The translations under genes and the position numbers were made by a program. 64,000 bases of DNA from Chara braunii (lineage: Eukaryota; Plantae; Charophyceae). The notes below the pieces were generated by a model. That model was given only the letters and a program-made list of their open reading frames with translations. It had not been told where the DNA came from and did no database searches. Positions 59,475-64,000 of this stretch are shown piece after piece. Position 1 is the stretch's first letter. The number at the start of each line of letters is the position of its first letter. The DNA lies in assembly GCA_003427395.1 (NCBI GenBank), contig BFEA01000030.1:5011728-5075727 (forward strand). Direction: 5' to 3'.

Positions 59475-60915
59475 TCACGAAGTGCTACAGCGGCGCAAGT
59501 GAACAAGGTCGTTGCTCAGACTGTTAGCTCGGCGGAGTACACTCTTTGTAATGTTGAAGTTGGTTGTTAACTGCATTTTTATGAATTTGCGGTTGACCCC
59601 CGTTGTTTCTTCGCTCTCTATGAGGACTGTTGAGATAGAAGCAGTGATGCCAGTCCTCCGAGCAACGAATTCGAACATTGCATCCCGTGCGTGATTACAA
59701 TATTGTTTAACGTGTTGCTTGTACGCTCGCACCATCGAGTCTTCTGCATCACTCCGCGGGATCTTTTGTCTCCATGTCTTCGTTGCACGTATTGTAAGTC
59801 CTTCGTGATATTGTGCAGCAACACATGCAATGGTGGCGCTGCATTTCTCTGTCACTGGGGCAGCCACAAGGCCGTAACCGTAGAAGACCTCCTTGTATTT
59901 TGCGTTCCCGTCTTTCTTGTAACTATTATTATTCTAACGGTCGCACACCCCCACGAGGTTGTAAATCTTTATTCTCGCGCTTAGAGGATACAAGTGCAGT
60001 GACGGTTCGTAATATGCAAAATCTCACGTGACAAGTCCGACGGCGTTACGCTGTCTCCTCAGCCGGTCTGATATCAGTTTCCCCCATTTGATTGGCGTTC
60101 CCCACCAATCTTGTCTTCACTGCCTCTGCATCCATTCCGGGTCCATATTGCATGGGGAAAAAAAAAAACGGGGAAAAACAAAAACAAAGGCATCACAAAC
60201 ACAGACGAAGTACGGAACTGTGACCGTGAGTTCACGAGTCGTTGCGGAACGGCAGTCAAAGCGGACACCGACGCAATACGGAGTGCAAGTTGTTCCGTTT
60301 ACGACTTTTGCGTCGTTGAATATGATCGACAATATTAAACTTTGTTATTTTGTTAGTTTTTTTCAATTTCTGTTTTTGCCCATCTTCGTTGTGGCATGTC
60401 ATCAAAGTCGTCGCCACGTGAATGATGATCCTCGACTTTTCGTTGATGAAGCGCAACATTGCATCTCTGATTTCGTTGCATACATGTCTGATATACTTCA
60501 GTGTTGCCCTTTGCATGGTGGTCTCTTGCTCCATCGATGACACCTTCTTTCGTTCAATCCGTGTCGCGCACCATGTCAGGCCACCACTAGAACAGAACGC
60601 CACGCATGCCACTGATGCCTCACGCCCACCCTCCCCCACATGTGAACTATCCCCAACCCGTAAAACGCTTTGGTCCACTTGCCACTGCCTTGCCTTGCGT
60701 TGTTTGCATCACTCCCCATTGTCTTGGCGAGGTTGAGAACTTGTAGGCGCTCCTCGTCATACCACAATTCAATCGAGGGCTCCAAAACCGTCCAGTCGAT
60801 TGCCCGCACACCGACGGCCCTCATTTGTGTTCTTGTTTTCCATGACAGAAGGTCCTCCCATCTCACCGGTGTCCCCCATTTCTCATTAGGCTTCCACTCC
60901 GACGATGCAAACATT
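59475..60915 (-). other. Further coding-like segments downstream of the transposase (possibly spliced exons of a second gene)
   Basis: ORFs 60576-61010, 60256-60678 and 59475-59867 are on the same strand. There is a pyrimidine tract plus TTTAG acceptor-like site at ~60916-60940. Confidence 0.35.
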
Positions 60916-61029
60916 CTAAACACAACAAAAAAAAGAGAAAAATGCAATTCAATCGAACAATCAGCGATGTGCTTTGTGTTGTTCGTATTGAATATATGAT
61001 CGTCACTCATACTCTTTCCTTCCTCACGT

Positions 61030-63912
61030 CTACACAGATGTGTCTGAATCAGATCTCATATCGGGCGTTGACACGGGCATCTTATCAGGGACGGTCAGCG
61101 ACACCTGTGAATTGAGAGTGTCTCGCTTAGGGATCCGCATACCTGTCTCGGACCGTTTGTTGCTGGCCCATGCCCACACAACGGCGTCGAGGTCTTGCCA
61201 TCCTTCGCCGGATTCAGTTTCAACCTTCCACGTCTTTGCCCATGCGTCTGCATACAGCTTCGATAAGTCGCGATCCCTTCCACAAGGTGTCCAGTACTTG
61301 ACGAGGATACGACCATCATCCCGCTCCATAACACGCCCTATCCAAAATGTGCAGTCCTTTTCAACATACTCGTCGGGCGCGCGGAACACGACGAAGTTGT
61401 TCACGGCGACAGAGTCATGCGGTTTGAACTCCGGTTTGGGAGCGTCTCTCTTGTAACCGACGAAGCAAGGTTTCCTCGGTGGCGAGTCGAGGACATGCGG
61501 CGCACNTAANGGGAGATCTTGCGTATCGGGCATGNGAGCTGGNCAGAAGGGACCTTCAAGGGGCACCGTACCNCTCTCCTCTTGCGACATGTTTTCAAAC
61601 TTTTCCANATTNTCGGACCAGTAGTTCAAGCGTCTACAATTCATTGCTCTTGTGTGTTCGTCTTGTGTCTCCCAATGGTTTTGTGAGTTCTCCCACGATC
61701 TATGGAGAACACGCAACCCCGTTATTCCGTTAACGAAATCGTCTGCCTCCGGGTTAAGTGACTCGCGGCAAGGCTGGAAACCCCATTCAGGCCCTGCCCA
61801 CCCGTTGCGTGCGTCCCTTTTAAACCAATAGACAGGGCCAGTGTTTGACTCCCACTTTTTGTCGGTACAGAACTCCTTGTACATCATGGCGGGGTTGTCC
61901 CCGTCCATGTAAAACTGAAAGAGGTGCGGCGTGGCATAACCCTTGATTTTATGATCGATGTACGGATCTATGGCGGTTTTCCAGTCAACAATTTCAGTGA
62001 GCAACGTGCAATCGACCTCCTCTTTGCAGGATGCTTTGAGGACATCGAAGAGATCGTCCATGGTATATGCATCGCAACCGCTCAATTTTTTTGCAAACAA
62101 GCTGAACTTCGCATCTATGTCCGTGTGTGTGTGACCCACTATCATGAACCCCATTTCAACGACCTCAAATATCCGAAATTTGACAAGCATGGCCATGAAG
62201 GCGAACACATACTTGTTTTTGTTTTGTCCCCCACAGTTGTCAGCTTGCACCCGCAACTTCGGCGGGAGCACCCCTTCGCGTGCCTGGACATCTCTCAACA
62301 CTTTGGCAATGGAGTTAACAACCGAGTTCGAGCCGTGCGACAAGTATGGGAACCACGTGTGGACAAAGAGCGACGGTGTCCTACCATGCGCGATTATCCC
62401 AGTGAGATTAGTTTTCATCATCGTGTTATTCGATATTTCTTTAGACAAACGTCTTCTCGACACATGGGGAATCGTTGTTTTTGCTTGATCCATAGCGTCG
62501 ATGATGATACACAGGCTCTGTTTCGGTCTATGTTCCGATTCAGCGGACCACACGCTGTACTTTTTCTGGTGTGCAGACTGTAGTGCAATGTGACTTTTCT
62601 GTTTTGCGACAAGCGCCCGTCTCGGCTCGGGCAGAGCACCCTCTATGAGGATGCTATTCTTAATGCACTCGTTGCATCTTGNGTGGTCGGTCACNCTTGC
62701 GAGTCGAACGTGCCAGAAGAAGTCCCTCCACATCTTGCAGAAGACCTGGTACGACGCGCAGCAAACACCAAGCTTAGAGAGTCGTCTACGAATACTGAGG
62801 AAGACGTTTTTCTTCGTGGCGTACACAGACGGGAGGCGAATGAGATTTCTGATCTCGAATTTTGGGCCTGTTTCAGTCTGATCTGGCATGGGATCAGACT
62901 CATCCAAAATGATGTCCTCGAACGCCGACCATGTGATGGCGTAGGTGGTTGTTGTCCACGGACGCCCGTCATGGCCGTGAAAAGTGTCGACTATTCCGTC
63001 GTCGAGGTCATCGCTGTATCTTTTGAACGTGTTCCAGCCAACGCCCAGTATGAGACACCAAGCAGTGACACACACAGGGTGCAACTGCACTATCGGTTTG
63101 ACTGTCGGTTTGCGGTCAACTAACGAAATGAAGTTCTGAAGTTTCGCCATCCACCATTTCCGCCTATCCAGCCCTTTGAGAACACGGTAGTCATGCCTAC
63201 ACTTCATCACATCCTCTACTCTCGGTTTAGAAAGACATTGATACGTCTTGCAACATGTTTTGTGGAGAACGGCCTCGCACTCGTCCATGCTACACCTACA
63301 TTGGAAAGCGGAGGTGGAAGTCGAAGCACTTCTTTTTCTCAGTCTGTACGTGTATTTTCTCTTTCCGTTTCCACCACACAACACAGACAAGGCAGATACA
63401 ACGGTATCCTCTCCGACCGGCAAGTCAACGTCCGACAAACGAGCAACATGCCCTCCCCCTCCTCCACTGTCATCGCATGACGGCGCCGGTAGCATGTCCA
63501 TGGGAGCACACAGGTCGCCAGTGTCACTTGCTGGTGACGAATTCACCCGAATAGAAGGTTCAGCAGACCCGTGCGGCGGTCCCGTGCCGGCATCAGAAGG
63601 CGAGCCGACGACGTCGTTGATGATGGCGTCAAGGCGAAGACGTCGCACGACGTTCATATTGGAAGATGGCACGGCCAGATGACGTGCGCGACGTCTGGGC
63701 ACACCATGAGCACGGTGTGCAGGATGGCCACGTTTCGATGGTGTGATGGCAACGTCTGGAGACCGGCTTTCACATGAGGTGTCAGCAGCATGGGGCACGG
63801 GCGTGCGAAGAGACTGCACAGATGGCAAAGAACTGTAGTAACAACTGTCCATCCCGCTCGCCATTGAGTCGGTAACGCTGATGGAAATGTCCTGTAAGAG
63901 GCCATGACACAA
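61030..63912 (-). CDS. Sola-like DDD transposase (960 aa, open apart from Ns; true start uncertain)
   Basis: Cys-rich N-terminal region (CC..QC, VC..W..LGV, CxxC). Catalytic motifs IIIDAMDQAK, QADNCGGQNKNK and FMIVGHTHTDIDAKFS. Confidence 0.8.
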   Translation of the reverse strand: MCHGLLQDISISVTDSMASGMDSCYYSSLPSVQSLRTPVPHAADTSCESRSPDVAITPSKRGHPAHRAHGVPRRRARHLAVPSSNMNVVRRLRLDAIINDVVGSPSDAGTGPPHGSAEPSIRVNSSPASDTGDLCAPMDMLPAPSCDDSGGGGGHVARLSDVDLPVGEDTVVSALSVLCGGNGKRKYTYRLRKRSASTSTSAFQCRCSMDECEAVLHKTCCKTYQCLSKPRVEDVMKCRHDYRVLKGLDRRKWWMAKLQNFISLVDRKPTVKPIVQLHPVCVTAWCLILGVGWNTFKRYSDDLDDGIVDTFHGHDGRPWTTTTYAITWSAFEDIILDESDPMPDQTETGPKFEIRNLIRLPSVYATKKNVFLSIRRRLSKLGVCCASYQVFCKMWRDFFWHVRLAXVTDHXRCNECIKNSILIEGALPEPRRALVAKQKSHIALQSAHQKKYSVWSAESEHRPKQSLCIIIDAMDQAKTTIPHVSRRRLSKEISNNTMMKTNLTGIIAHGRTPSLFVHTWFPYLSHGSNSVVNSIAKVLRDVQAREGVLPPKLRVQADNCGGQNKNKYVFAFMAMLVKFRIFEVVEMGFMIVGHTHTDIDAKFSLFAKKLSGCDAYTMDDLFDVLKASCKEEVDCTLLTEIVDWKTAIDPYIDHKIKGYATPHLFQFYMDGDNPAMMYKEFCTDKKWESNTGPVYWFKRDARNGWAGPEWGFQPCRESLNPEADDFVNGITGLRVLHRSWENSQNHWETQDEHTRAMNCRRLNYWSXNXEKFENMSQEEXGTVPLEGPFXPAXMPDTQDLXLXAPHVLDSPPRKPCFVGYKRDAPKPEFKPHDSVAVNNFVVFRAPDEYVEKDCTFWIGRVMERDDGRILVKYWTPCGRDRDLSKLYADAWAKTWKVETESGEGWQDLDAVVWAWASNKRSETGMRIPKRDTLNSQVSLTVPDKMPVSTPDMRSDSDTSV

Positions 63913-64000
63913 CAGAGGAATCCAAAACAGGAAGACACATGAGAAGGGATGCCGCCCCTCCCCTTCCCCCCCACCCCCCCTCCCCGTTCAACAGGTGGGG

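Larger units (their letters stand above)
58438..64000. mobile_element. Sola-like DNA transposon, arm 2 and probable internal region (across an N gap)
   Basis: Same TIR as 41799, flanked by TTTG (reverse complement CAAA). The transposase lies beyond the gap at 58898-59292, so its linkage to the TIR is inferred. Confidence 0.7.

Overview
This is a repeat-dense eukaryotic window with no recognisable host protein-coding gene. The TE families and plant-type U6 suggest a streptophyte alga such as Chara, but that is inference. Main contents: (i) A ~12.6 kb minus-strand Ty3/Gypsy element (11625-24208) with ~2.1 kb LTRs, an iMet PBS, decayed gag-PR-RT-RH, an integrase ORF carrying an N-terminal PHD finger, and an extra 3' ORF. 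(ii) Several nested, decayed L1/Tx1-like LINEs. (iii) A large Sola-like DDD DNA transposon with AAC.. termini and 4-bp TSDs. It carries an open 960-aa transposase and a Ulp1 (C48) protease pseudogene. Its two arms lie inverted relative to each other, and two MITE derivatives occur elsewhere in the window. (iv) hAT, Harbinger and TTAA-targeting non-autonomous elements, a small LTR element and a U6 retrocopy. (v) Two homologous type III hammerhead ribozyme motifs. One sits in a 116-bp insert in a (TA)n tract whose 5' boundary coincides with the predicted cleavage site. (vi) A 1.2 kb near-perfect palindrome, a dispersed ~55-bp hairpin repeat, and two paralogous orphan ORFs with a helical domain and a Thr-rich tail. 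All family assignments come from reading motifs by eye; no searches were run.
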